A stretch of DNA of 64,000 bases from Candidatus Omnitrophota bacterium (GTDB lineage Bacteria > Omnitrophota > Omnitrophia > Omnitrophales > JACROU01), in the NCBI GenBank assembly GCA_029261035.1, contig JAJDCD010000023.1:38501-102500 (forward strand). The letters are read 5' to 3'. Positions 17,989-28,700 of the stretch are shown piece by piece. The notes below the pieces were generated by a model. The model was not told where the DNA came from. It saw nothing but the letters and a program-made list of their open reading frames with translations, and ran no database searches. Every line of letters begins with the position of its first letter. The stretch's first letter is position 1. The position numbers and the translations under genes are program-made.

Positions 17989-19080
17989 ATGAGTGTCGTA
18001 TTTATCCAATCAACATTACAACTTGTAGCCGTCTTCGCTTTTTTTATGGGAGTTCTGTCTTTGGCAGGGCTTCTAACTTGGGTTGAGAGAAAGCAAAGTG
18101 CCGTTATGCAAGATCGTATTGGAGCTAACCGAGCGGAGATTTTTGGATTTCGTTTTTTTGGTTTATTTCATATTATTGCAGATGCGATTAAGATGTTAAC
18201 CAAAGAGAGCTTTATTCCCGCAAAAGCAGATAAGTTTTTATATCAGCTTGCACCCATTATTTCTGTTTTTTTTGCCTTGATTACTTTTGCAGCGATTCCT
18301 TTCGGCAATGATCTGAAATTTGGAGAGTATGTCGTTCCTCTTCAAGGGCTTGATTTCAATGTGGGTCTTCTCTTTATTTTTGCGATGTTATCTATCGCGG
18401 TCTATGGAGTTATATTGGCCGGCTTTTCTTCGCAAAGTAACTTTTCTTTTTTAGGAGGTTTACGAGCAACCTCTCAGTTACTTGCTTACGAAATGGCCAT
18501 GGGAATTTCGATTATAGGCTTGGTTATGTGTTATGGATCTTTGAATTTAAATGAATTGGTTCATTCCCAGGGGGATTATTTGTGGGGTTGGTTACCAAAG
18601 TGGGGATTTTTTTTACAGCCTTTAGGCTTTATTATTTTTCTTATTGCAGGGATTGCAGAAAGTAAGCGAGTTCCTTTTGATATTCCAGAAGGAGAGTCTG
18701 AAATTGTAGGGTACTTTGTGGAATACAGTGGAATGCGATTCGGCTTATTTTTCTTAACAGATTTCTTGGAAACAATTTTAATTTCTTGTTTGGCGGCAGT
18801 TCTTTTTTTTGGCGGCTGGCAGGTTCCAGGGCTTTTTGAGGACGGTTTTCATTTTTGGAATGGGGTTGTCTGGAATTTACCTTCATTTGTAGTTACAATC
18901 ATTGGTGTTTTTGCTTTTATTTTTAAAATTGCTTTCTTTTGTTGGTTTTTAATGACGATTCGTTGGACATTGCCTCGATTCCGTTATGATCAATTGATGC
19001 ATTTGGGATGGAAAATTCTATTTCCACTCTCTATTGCAAATATTCTTATTACAGGAACCGTCATTCTTTTATTAAGCTAA
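17989..19080 (+). CDS. nuoH: NADH-quinone oxidoreductase subunit H
   Basis: WVERK, ADAIKMLTKE, PFDIPEGESE, RWTLPRFRYDQLM. Confidence 0.97.
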   Translation: MSVVFIQSTLQLVAVFAFFMGVLSLAGLLTWVERKQSAVMQDRIGANRAEIFGFRFFGLFHIIADAIKMLTKESFIPAKADKFLYQLAPIISVFFALITFAAIPFGNDLKFGEYVVPLQGLDFNVGLLFIFAMLSIAVYGVILAGFSSQSNFSFLGGLRATSQLLAYEMAMGISIIGLVMCYGSLNLNELVHSQGDYLWGWLPKWGFFLQPLGFIIFLIAGIAESKRVPFDIPEGESEIVGYFVEYSGMRFGLFFLTDFLETILISCLAAVLFFGGWQVPGLFEDGFHFWNGVVWNLPSFVVTIIGVFAFIFKIAFFCWFLMTIRWTLPRFRYDQLMHLGWKILFPLSIANILITGTVILLLS

Positions 19081-19117
19081 ATTAGCGCTAAAGAGAAAGT
19101 GTTAGACAGAGGACGTT

Positions 19118-19678
19118 ATGGCAACAATACAAGTTGAACGAAAAAAAATGAATTTGTTGGAGCGGATATATCTTCCGGAAATTATCCGAGGGTTTAGGAT
19201 TACAACATTTCACTTCTTTAGGAATCTTTTATTTCATCTGTTTCGAGCATTTGGATTTAAAAATTTCAAAGGTGCAGTTACGTTCCAATATCCAGAAGAA
19301 CAAAGGCCTTTGTCTGACCGTTTAAGAACGCGTCATCGTCTCATGCAAAGGGAAGATGGGTCTCCTCGTTGTGTGGCTTGTATGATGTGCGAAACCGTAT
19401 GTCCTGCTAAGTGTATCTACATTGAAGCTGCAGAACATCCAGATCCGAACATTGAAAAGATTCCTGCGAGTTTTGATATTGATTTAGGAAAATGTGTGTA
19501 TTGTGGTTTTTGTGTTGAAGCTTGTCCTGAAGATGCGATTCGTATGGATACTAAAATTTTAGATATCGCGTCATTAACGAGAGGCGGACTTTATTACACA
19601 ATGGAAGAACTTCTCCACCCAGAACAGCATGGCGCTAAAATAGAAGAAGCACGTAATAAGGTTCTCCCACCAAAGTAG
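19118..19678 (+). CDS. nuoI: NADH-quinone oxidoreductase subunit I
   Basis: Two CxxCxxCxxxCP motifs, QYPEE. Confidence 0.97.
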   Translation: MATIQVERKKMNLLERIYLPEIIRGFRITTFHFFRNLLFHLFRAFGFKNFKGAVTFQYPEEQRPLSDRLRTRHRLMQREDGSPRCVACMMCETVCPAKCIYIEAAEHPDPNIEKIPASFDIDLGKCVYCGFCVEACPEDAIRMDTKILDIASLTRGGLYYTMEELLHPEQHGAKIEEARNKVLPPK

Positions 19679-19720
19679 CCATCAATTGTTAGCTAAAAAC
19701 AAAACTATTATTCCAATAAA

Positions 19721-19848
19721 TGTCATTGCGAAGCATAGACTAAAGAGTTGAAGCAATCTCGGATAAAAAGATTTCTTTTGCTTGAGATTGCCGCGGCTCA
19801 TTTGCTTGCACCTCCTGCCCAACAAGATGGCGGACAGGCGTAATGACA
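19721..19848. repeat. TGTCATTGCG...GCAATCTC / GAGATTGC...CGTAATGACA REP-like element at the nuoI/nuoN convergence
   Basis: Terminal inverted tgtcatt/aatgaca plus internal gcaatctc/gagattgc pair. Confidence 0.65.
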
Positions 19849-19880
19849 GGCTTTTAACGTATTTGCTGATATCTATTAGC

Positions 19881-21299
19881 TTAGAAAAGGCTTGTTGCAG
19901 CTTGCTGACATAAGTGAATAAATGGACCCGGAACAACTCCCAAGATAACTACGAAACCAACCGTTAAATAAAGAGAAATTTGAGTGGATAGAGGAATGTT
20001 AATAGGAGAAGTGTCTTTGGGTTTTTCAAGAAACATTTTTCCAACAATAGAAAGATAGTAATAAGCGCTTAAGATAGCCATAAAAATTCCAATCACAGCT
20101 AACCATAAAAAACCTTCATTAACAGCGCTGTACAGCACAAGTAGTTTTGCAACAAAGCCACTGGTGGGTGGGATGCCTGTTAAAGACAATAGAGAAACAA
20201 AAAGACATGTCGCAAGCATTGGAGACTTTTCTTTTAAGCCTTCATATTCGATGACACGATCATTTTCGGAATGATTTGCAAGTAATGAAAGCACAAAAAA
20301 AGCAGCTAAGTTTGTTGCGATTAAACTAAAGAGATAAAAAAGTACAAATCCTACTCCAATAGCATCGGAAGCTAAAAACCCCATTAGAATAAAGCCAGCA
20401 TGAGACATGCTTGAGAATCCAAACAACCTCTTAATATTTTTCTGTGGAATGGCTGCAAAGTTTGCGTAAACCAATGTAGCAGCGATGATGACCGCAAAAA
20501 TAATAGAAATCTGATTTTGGATTGGCAAAAAGATTTCATAGAAGATTCTCAAAAAAATTGTTATAGCGGCTGTTTTTGAAGCAATAGAAAAGAAGGCGGT
20601 AACAGGTGTTGGCGAACCTTCGTAAACATCTGGAGCCCAAACTTGAAAAGGAACAATGGCCATCTTAAATGTTAGAGAAATAAAGATAAAAAGAAAACCT
20701 ACAATGAGCAAAGTTTGATCGGATCCGCTAGAGAGCAAAGCATTTTTAATCGTTAGGATGTCTAAGCTAGCAGAACCTCCATAAATTAAACTCATCCCTA
20801 AGAGCCCAAAAGCAGTAGAGATAGCTCCAAATATTAAGTATTTGATACCTGCTTCAATCGATGCTCGTGCATGCTTTAGGTAAGAGGTCATGATATAACT
20901 GGAAAAAGTAATAATTTCGAGGCCAATAAAGATGAGTAAGAGGTTGGTGCTGGAGACACCGAAGCTCATGCCGATAATGGCGGCAATGAGAAGAAGATAA
21001 AACTCTCCTTGTCCGCCTACTAGTTTCGTTGCGTAGGTACGAATCATTAGAGATAGAAAAAAACCAATAATGAGAAATAAAACTTTTGCCAATTTAGAAA
21101 ATTCATCTTGAACATACATTCCTTCAAACAGGGATCCGGATTCGTTCCAAAAGAAAATTTGAGCAACTAAAGCTAAAAGAAAACCCAAAGCGGTTAGTAT
21201 GCCCAGAAGAGATCTTTTATTTTTAGACAGAAGTAAATCTGAAAATAGAACAATAAATAAGGTGGCAATGAGAAATATTTCAGTAATCATTAAAAACAT
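19881..21299 (-). CDS. nuoN: NADH-quinone oxidoreductase subunit N
   Basis: EAGIKY, FKMAIVPFQVWAPDVYEGSPTPV. Confidence 0.96.
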   Translation of the reverse strand: MFLMITEIFLIATLFIVLFSDLLLSKNKRSLLGILTALGFLLALVAQIFFWNESGSLFEGMYVQDEFSKLAKVLFLIIGFFLSLMIRTYATKLVGGQGEFYLLLIAAIIGMSFGVSSTNLLLIFIGLEIITFSSYIMTSYLKHARASIEAGIKYLIFGAISTAFGLLGMSLIYGGSASLDILTIKNALLSSGSDQTLLIVGFLFIFISLTFKMAIVPFQVWAPDVYEGSPTPVTAFFSIASKTAAITIFLRIFYEIFLPIQNQISIIFAVIIAATLVYANFAAIPQKNIKRLFGFSSMSHAGFILMGFLASDAIGVGFVLFYLFSLIATNLAAFFVLSLLANHSENDRVIEYEGLKEKSPMLATCLFVSLLSLTGIPPTSGFVAKLLVLYSAVNEGFLWLAVIGIFMAILSAYYYLSIVGKMFLEKPKDTSPINIPLSTQISLYLTVGFVVILGVVPGPFIHLCQQAATSLF

Positions 21300-21304
21300 A
21301 ATGC

Positions 21305-22813
21305 TTATATGAGCTCAGAATTTGTCTTAAGCTCTTCTCCTTTTTCTATGATCTTTAATTGTGTTAATCCATTTTCAAAATCTTTGAGTGCCAGCGTGGG
21401 ACAAAAACCAATTAAGAGCAAAAAGCCAATAAGAAGAAGGAACGGCACTTTACAAAAAAGACTTTTAACAGGTTCTTCTGTATTTTGGTGACTTTCTTTA
21501 ATGGGACCAAAGAAAATATTTCGAATTGCCCTAAACATATAAATTGCAGTTAATAGGACGCATATCAGAACTCCAATGGTCAGCCATTGATATTGATTCC
21601 AAACGGCAAATAAGATAACAAGTTCGCCTGCAAAGTTTGCAAACCCAGGAACGCTGGATGCGGCAAGTGCGGCTAAAGAGAAGCAGGTTGCGGTGAAAGG
21701 CCAATTAATTGCAAGCCCTCCTAAAGCATCAATCTGTGTTGTTCCCATTTTTCTTTCAACCAGTTCTGCAATCAGAAAGAGCAGTGCGACAAGCAACCCA
21801 TGAGAAAACATTACGAGCATAGCTCCTGCTGTACCTAAACTTGTAAAACAGGCGAGTCCAATAATAACAAAACCCATATGGCTTGAACTGGAATACCCAA
21901 TTAAATTTCTTAATTCTTTTTGCGCTAGAGCAATAAAACCGACGTAAACCAAATTCATCATAATCCACAAAGCAAGCCAAGGCATCCAAAGGGCTGCTGC
22001 ATCTGGCAACATAAGAAGTCCAAAGCGAATGAGCCCATAAGCACCTACTTTTTTAAGGACACCGGCAAGAAGCATACTTCCAGCGGTAGGAGCAGAAGAA
22101 TAACCAATAGGTCCCCACGCATGAAAAGGCCACACAGCAGAAAGAATTCCAAACCCGATTAAAAAGAAAGCGAAGAGCTTATGCTGAAGGGCTAAGCTTA
22201 AAGGGTTTGCTTGAAGATGTGCGCCGAGTTGAACCATATCCATTGTTTGAATGGCAGGTAAAAAATACAATCCGAGAAGGCCGACCAAAACAAATGCAGA
22301 AGCTAAAATCGCGTAGAGTGTAAATTGCATTGCTGCAAATTTTTTCTCTCCCCGACCCCAGTTGCTAATAAGAGGGTAAGAAACTAAAGCTTCAATTTCT
22401 AAAAAGAGAAAGAAGAAAAACAAATTAACAGATAAGAATGTGCCGTAAGCACCTAAAGTGAGTAAAAGGTATAAAAGGTAAAATCCTTTAGCGTCTTTTT
22501 GAATAGAGCTACACGCATATAGCCCAGCAAAGCTGACTAAAGAAGTTAAAACAATAAGCCAAACATTAATTCCATCGACCCCTAAGTGAAGATTGATTTC
22601 AGGGGTTTGAATCCATGATAATTGGGAGATGAATTGAAAGCTCGTGTTTGTTCTGTCTAATTTTAAAAGGACAAATAGAGCGAGTGCTAAACAAGCTGAG
22701 GAGCTAATCCAAGCTATGGTTTTGATTAGCTTCAATTGAGAAGAAGGGACTAAGGCCATTAAAGCCAGAGAAGCCATTGGGATTGCAATAAAGTAAAAAG
22801 ATAAATCAATCAT
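21305..22813 (-). CDS. nuoM: NADH-quinone oxidoreductase subunit M
   Basis: LGVDGI, WPFHAW, LAGVLKKVGAYG, YSSSSHMG. Confidence 0.95.
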   Translation of the reverse strand: MIDLSFYFIAIPMASLALMALVPSSQLKLIKTIAWISSSACLALALFVLLKLDRTNTSFQFISQLSWIQTPEINLHLGVDGINVWLIVLTSLVSFAGLYACSSIQKDAKGFYLLYLLLTLGAYGTFLSVNLFFFFLFLEIEALVSYPLISNWGRGEKKFAAMQFTLYAILASAFVLVGLLGLYFLPAIQTMDMVQLGAHLQANPLSLALQHKLFAFFLIGFGILSAVWPFHAWGPIGYSSAPTAGSMLLAGVLKKVGAYGLIRFGLLMLPDAAALWMPWLALWIMMNLVYVGFIALAQKELRNLIGYSSSSHMGFVIIGLACFTSLGTAGAMLVMFSHGLLVALLFLIAELVERKMGTTQIDALGGLAINWPFTATCFSLAALAASSVPGFANFAGELVILFAVWNQYQWLTIGVLICVLLTAIYMFRAIRNIFFGPIKESHQNTEEPVKSLFCKVPFLLLIGFLLLIGFCPTLALKDFENGLTQLKIIEKGEELKTNSELI

Positions 22814-22824
22814 AAAGAGTCTCG

Positions 22825-24687
22825 CTATAATTTAAATAAAATAACAACTAAAGTAAAAATAACTACAATTTGAACTGCAAGAATCAAAGCGTACGTTTGT
22901 ACATTGCCCGTTAATAATTTTCTAGAAACATTTCCTACTTGGTAAACAACGATCCCTGTCCAGTGACTGAGAGCTTTAATAGCAATCCACTCGTTTGTAA
23001 TATCGCAGAGGCGAGCAAAGGGTTGTTGGATTTTGGAAACGTAAAAATTATAAATTTCATCTATAAAATATTTTCTTTCAAATAGTGTGTAAAGAGGACC
23101 TAATCCTTTAGATAAAGGATCTTGAGATTGAGTTTTCCTCCCGTAAATTAAGTAGGAAGAAATAAGTCCGAATAAAATAACTCCTGTTGAAATGAGAGCG
23201 AGAAAATTTCCTTCAGTGCCATGATGAGATTCATGAGCAGCTCTTCCTAAGAGTTCTGGAATTCCAAAGAACCCTGCGAAGATGGAGAAAAAAGATAAAA
23301 CAATTAAAGGAAAGAGCAGAATAAAAGGAGATTCATGAATGTCGCTTGGTTTTCTTTGTGGGCCTAAAAAGGTGAGGCTAAAAACTCTCCCCATATAAAA
23401 CGAGGTTAGAAATGTTGTTCCTAAAACAACAATGAAAGCGAGCATGGAATGTCCATGCGCGAGTGTTAAGATTTCTTCTTTACTAAAAAACCCTGATGTT
23501 GGAAACAGACCGCAAAGAGCAAGAGTTCCGATTAAAAATGTGAGTGTGGTGATAGGCATCTTTTTTGAAAGGCCACCCATTTCAAATAAGTTCTGGGTAT
23601 GCACCGCATGAATGATACAGCCTGAGCCTAAGAATAAAAGGGCTTTAAAAAATCCATGTGTGAGCAGGTGATACATTCCCGAAACGGGTCCTGCGAGACC
23701 CATGGCGAGTACCATAAACCCGAGTTGACTCATCGTAGAGAATGCGAGCACACGTTTGATATCGCTTTGGCAAACCGCCATTGTTGCTGCTGTAATCGCT
23801 GAAAGACCCCCGATTATCGCAACAATAGTAAGTAATTCTTCAGAAATCGTAAAGATGAAAAAAGTTCTGGCTAGTAAATAAACACCTGCGGCAACCATGG
23901 TTGCCGCATGGATTAAAGCGCTGACGGGTGTGGGTCCTTCCATAGCGTCTGGCAACCAAACGTGTAATGGAAGTTGAGCGGACTTACCAATAACACCACA
24001 TAAAATAAGAAGTCCTGCTAAAAGAATAGCTCCAGAAGAGATGACGCCTAGTTGAACTTGAGTGGGAATACTTTGAGCGAGCCCTGCAAAGTCAACGGTT
24101 CTAGAAACTCCAGTTGGATCAGAAAGAAACCACAAAAATAAAATTCCTAATATAAAACCAAAATCACCAACGCGATTAACTAAAAAAGCTTTTTTACTGG
24201 CGTCAGCAGCACTGTCTTTTGAAAACCAAAAACCAATTAAAAGATAAGAAGCAAGCCCAACTAATTCCCAGAAAATAAAGGTTTGAACAAAATTATTAGA
24301 AAACACAATGCCGAGCATAGCCGATGCGAAAAGTGCTAAGTAAGCAAAAAATCGAGAGTAGCCTTTATCTTCTTCCATATAACCCATCGAGAAAATAAAA
24401 ATAAGACTTCCTACTCCAGAAACCAATAACCCCATCAAAATAGAGAGTTGATCGAACAGAAGCCCCAGTTCAAAGTGAAGCCCCATTATAGAAATCCAAG
24501 GAACGGATATAACTTGAGGAAAACTGCTTGGATTGGATTGCATTTGCATGAAGAGTTGAACAATCAATACGAACGGAATAAGAAGGCTACCCACAGAAAT
24601 CCATCCACACAGCTTTTTCCATCGAAACAGAAAAAGACTGATTAAAGCAAAGCCTATAAGTGGAGAAAGAATGATGAGTGAAGTCAT
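22825..24687 (-). CDS. nuoL: NADH-quinone oxidoreductase subunit L
   Basis: GKSAQLPLHVWLPDAMEGPTPVSALIHAATMV. Confidence 0.97.
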   Translation of the reverse strand: MTSLIILSPLIGFALISLFLFRWKKLCGWISVGSLLIPFVLIVQLFMQMQSNPSSFPQVISVPWISIMGLHFELGLLFDQLSILMGLLVSGVGSLIFIFSMGYMEEDKGYSRFFAYLALFASAMLGIVFSNNFVQTFIFWELVGLASYLLIGFWFSKDSAADASKKAFLVNRVGDFGFILGILFLWFLSDPTGVSRTVDFAGLAQSIPTQVQLGVISSGAILLAGLLILCGVIGKSAQLPLHVWLPDAMEGPTPVSALIHAATMVAAGVYLLARTFFIFTISEELLTIVAIIGGLSAITAATMAVCQSDIKRVLAFSTMSQLGFMVLAMGLAGPVSGMYHLLTHGFFKALLFLGSGCIIHAVHTQNLFEMGGLSKKMPITTLTFLIGTLALCGLFPTSGFFSKEEILTLAHGHSMLAFIVVLGTTFLTSFYMGRVFSLTFLGPQRKPSDIHESPFILLFPLIVLSFFSIFAGFFGIPELLGRAAHESHHGTEGNFLALISTGVILFGLISSYLIYGRKTQSQDPLSKGLGPLYTLFERKYFIDEIYNFYVSKIQQPFARLCDITNEWIAIKALSHWTGIVVYQVGNVSRKLLTGNVQTYALILAVQIVVIFTLVVILFKL

Positions 24688-24989
24688 TATTGTTTTAAAT
24701 CCGTAAAGTCTGTTACATCGATTGTTTTTTGAGTTCTAAAAAGTAAAATACAAATAGCCAGTCCTATGGCAACTTCTCCGGCGGCAATGGCCATAGAGAA
24801 TAGGGTGACAATTTGGCCTTCCAAATTACCATGAGCTTGAGAGAAAACAACAAAACTTAAATTCACAGCATTAAATAAGAGTTCTATAGAAAGTAAAACT
24901 AAAATTGCATTTTTTCGTGTAAAAATGCCAATCAGACCAATGGCAAAGAGAACGAAAGCGACTGTTAAATAATGAGATAAAGGAATCAT
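24687..24989 (-). CDS. nuoK: NADH-quinone oxidoreductase subunit K
   Basis: 100 aa, LSIELLFNAVNL, AAGEVAIGLA. Confidence 0.96.
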   Translation of the reverse strand: MIPLSHYLTVAFVLFAIGLIGIFTRKNAILVLLSIELLFNAVNLSFVVFSQAHGNLEGQIVTLFSMAIAAGEVAIGLAICILLFRTQKTIDVTDFTDLKQ

Positions 24990-25487
24990 TTACAAATCTT
25001 TCTTCGCTAAAACTACCGAGCCAATAATGGCTACGAGCAAAATTAAAGATAAAAGTTCAAATGGAAGTAAGTATTTTGAAAATAAGAGTTTTCCTAAGCT
25101 TTCAACGGTACCTTCAACTAATACGATGTTTTCAGACGTAGTTTCTTTGAAAGAACGAACCAACATAAAAAGTCCTGCAAGAGAAAGAATGCTCAGTCCA
25201 AGACTTAGGCCATAGCGAACCGGATTTTTCCAGAAAACAGGAGACTCATTGTTGTATCCAAGCAACATGAGTACAAATAGAAACAGGACTAAAATAGCGC
25301 CAGCATACAGAGTGATATGGATTATGGCGACGAAATAAGCCTTTAAAAGCAGAAAAAGGATAGCTAAAGAGAACATGCCTACAAGAAAGCTCAGCACGCA
25401 ATAAACGGGATTTCTTAAAGTTATCGCTAAAAGTGCCGAAAATAGCAGGATACTCGAAAATAAATAAAAGGATGTTGTTTCTAGCAT
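24990..25487 (-). CDS. nuoJ: NADH-quinone oxidoreductase subunit J
   Basis: YAGAILVLFLFVLML, LLPFELLS. Confidence 0.96.
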   Translation of the reverse strand: MLETTSFYLFSSILLFSALLAITLRNPVYCVLSFLVGMFSLAILFLLLKAYFVAIIHITLYAGAILVLFLFVLMLLGYNNESPVFWKNPVRYGLSLGLSILSLAGLFMLVRSFKETTSENIVLVEGTVESLGKLLFSKYLLPFELLSLILLVAIIGSVVLAKKDL

Positions 25488-25526
25488 AGCCCTCTGAACC
25501 GGTAAATGGGTTAGGTAAAGTTGAGT

Positions 25527-25555
25527 ATAATAACTTAAAATGCAGCTCCTGTAAA
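25527..25555 (-). promoter_or_regulatory. Putative sigma70 promoter of nuoJ-N
   Basis: TTTACA-17 nt-TATTAT on - strand ~40 nt upstream of nuoJ. Confidence 0.5.
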
Positions 25556-25700
25556 GATGTCCAAAAGGTTACTCCTTAGGGCAATTTTCCACTAAATTAT
25601 TCGCTAAAATCTGTTCTCATTGACACATAGAATAGAATATTAGCTTCACAAATTATTAAAGACTTTAACAAGTTTTTATAAACAAAATTTTGAGAGGTTT

Positions 25701-28700
25701 ATGAGGTTTTTTTTAGTATTTCAGCAACAATTGAGAGTCCTAACCTATTTCCTTATTCTTACCTTCGGACTCGACTCTATTTCCCTGGCCCATGCTCAAT
25801 CTGTTACTGCATCCGTGAACGTTGCACCGAGCATTGGGTTGGGGGATTATTCTTCTTTTCCAGATAATCTTGGAAATATCATTCAAAAAAACGAAATATC
25901 TAAAAATGCCTTTAATCTGATTCACTTACAAGACGCCCACGCTAATCCTGAAGCCCAAAAAAAAATTGCGGAACTCATTCGATACTTTTCAGAAGAACAA
26001 GGGTATAACACTGTTTTTGTTGAAGGAGCGTATGGGAGATTGGATAAACGTTATATTGAATTTACAGATGATTTTTCATTAAATCAAAAAATTGCAGAGC
26101 GCCTCACTGCTTTGGGAGAGTTTACAGCGCCGGACGTTTATTTATCAAAAAATAAAAAAAGCACCCTTCAATTTTTAGGAATCGAAGACCCCCAACTTTA
26201 CAGAAAAAATGTAACGCATTTAAAAAAGATATACCAATCTAGAGAAGAAATTGAAAGTTGGATTGAAGCAAAAAAATTAATATTGGATCGAAAAAACTCT
26301 CGTCTAAAAAACAAAAACCTTTTCTATTTATTTAAAACATTTTTAGAACTTTCTGAAAAAACGAACAATTTCAGCCGTCATTTAGTTCAATTAAATACGA
26401 TCTCCAAAAGAGAGTTGGGAAGAGACCTTCAGGATGCGAAAGAACAAATAGAATATCCTAATATTGTTCGATTTTTAAGACTCTTTAAAGAGCAAAAGCT
26501 GGACCGCGAAAAAGCTCGTGTGGAGTGGGAGGAAATAGTAAAAACAATCTCGAAACAAAAGCAGTTCTTAAAGAGAGCACCTTCTTTTAAAGAACTCAAC
26601 GATCTAAATGTTAGGGTTCTTCTAGAAACCTTAGTGGAGGAGCAGGGGGTTGATTTTAAAGGGTTTCCCATTTTTTCAAAGTACGCAAAGGCTCTTATTT
26701 ATCAACAAGAAATGGATGGGGCGGCTTTGTTTGCAGAGCTTAACACGTGGCTCTTATCATTAATCAATCATTTTAGTTTGGAAGCTCAAAGCAAGAATCT
26801 TTTCAAAGAAATTCAGCTTTTTATTTTAATTAAAAAACTTTTGAAGCTCGAGTTAAAAAGAGAAGAGTGGGGTCTGATTAAGGATGAAGAAATCAAAGAT
26901 AAAGAAGTGCAAAACTTAATTGATGAAGCGCTTCTTTTTTATAAAGCTGCTGAGAAAAGAGAACAACCCTTTTTGGAACAAATTCAGAATCAGATCAAAA
27001 ATAAAAAAATAAAAAAAGCAATTTTACTTACGGGAGGATTTCATACTCCTGCGTTATTGAAACATGCAAATGAAGATGGCTGGAATTCTGTGGTTATTGC
27101 TCCTCAGCTTACTTCAGCAGTGGATCAAGATGATTATTTCAAAAATTTTATGGGAAGAGACCCTAAAGACATTGATGTCTCACAAGTAGTAACTCAGCCT
27201 TATTCTATTTCTCCAGAAACGGCAGTTGCGCTTGGTGTCGATCTTGCTAATAGACAGCAATTAGTAAACACTATCACTAGAGAGTTTGTGAAGGCGAGTA
27301 GCCTTGGGGAAAGGAAAGAAATCCTTCCGGGGTTTTTTGAAGAACGCCCTCTTTTTATTCCTAAAGACGGTCGTATTTTACGTTCCAATGAGAGACTTTT
27401 ACTTCAAGCAGGAGACCACTATTTTTATGTTGATGAAAAAAGAGTTGTTCAGGTGGATTCGACTGGGAAAAAAATAAAGCAAATTAAAATTGCAAATAAG
27501 CCTTTAAAACGATGGGAACTCTCTGAAGGAAAGAAGATGGTTTCTCGATCGCATTGGGCGTCTAATGAGAAAGAATTTATATGGTTGAAACACTATTTTC
27601 AATGGCAGAGATTGGCTAAAAAGGTTTATTTGAACGACCCGGTACTTATTGGACAAGGAGTTACATCTAAAGTTTACTCAATGAACGTTGCTATGCCTCA
27701 AGACGGTGTTGTTAGAACCTTAATAGGCACAGAATTTGTGAAGAAAAAAGACAAGACGATAGGCAGAAAAAGGGATTATGGTTTAGTGGGATATGAGGTT
27801 CAAAAAGGAGATTTCCAAGATGAGCCTGTTCCTGTGGGGGCAGTTAGAAAGTTGATTATAAAGACAAGCTCATTTAGCACAAAACGCTCTATTGCTTATC
27901 AAGAACTGATTCGCGATCGATTTGCGAGTACTTTTATTGCAAAGACTGCAGAGTTGCCTTCGAGGCACCCTGTAGCGCATGAGTTAGGATTAGAGCAGTT
28001 TGGCCGCGAACGCATCTTGCTTCAAGAGCCTTTGATTCCTTTAAGCCAAATTTTAAGAGAAGCTCGTGGCTATGAGAGACAATATTGGGCTAATCAATTT
28101 GTTCGGAGAGTGGAGGATTTTTGGAAGAGAGGCTACGTAGACTTAGATGCCAGGACAGATAATTGGGGCGTTAACAGCGAGGGTAAGCTTGTGTTTCATG
28201 ACTTTGATTTCGTTATGAGCTTATCGGAGATGGATAAGGGAATTAAGGGTAAAAGAGAAGACAAGTTAACCGTGTTGAGTCGTAAAATTCAGTTTTTTGC
28301 TAATTTTATTATTAATAATGTGTCATTTTTATATTCTTTAGATCCTGAGTTGGCTAAGCACTTTTATGAGCGTGTTGTTCATATTTCTTTTGAGTTAGAA
28401 AATAAGCAGAAGCTTTATTTGTTTAATGATATTTTGTCTAACGCGGCCGGGACATCTAAGCAATTAAAAAACTGGGAACAGCATTGGAAACGTATTGAGG
28501 TATTTGCTAAGCAGCTGATTCAAGCACATGAAGAACAAGCTTCTAAAGAAAAGCGAAAAGAAATAGTGAAAGATGTTTTCAATTTTTTAAGAGCTTCAGT
28601 GAAGAAAAGGCAAGCATTGATGACTCAGGTTTTACGTTTAGTAGCTCCGGCTTCACAAAGCGAACTTAAAGGAGATCAAATTAGAAGGCAAAAAGGGCGC

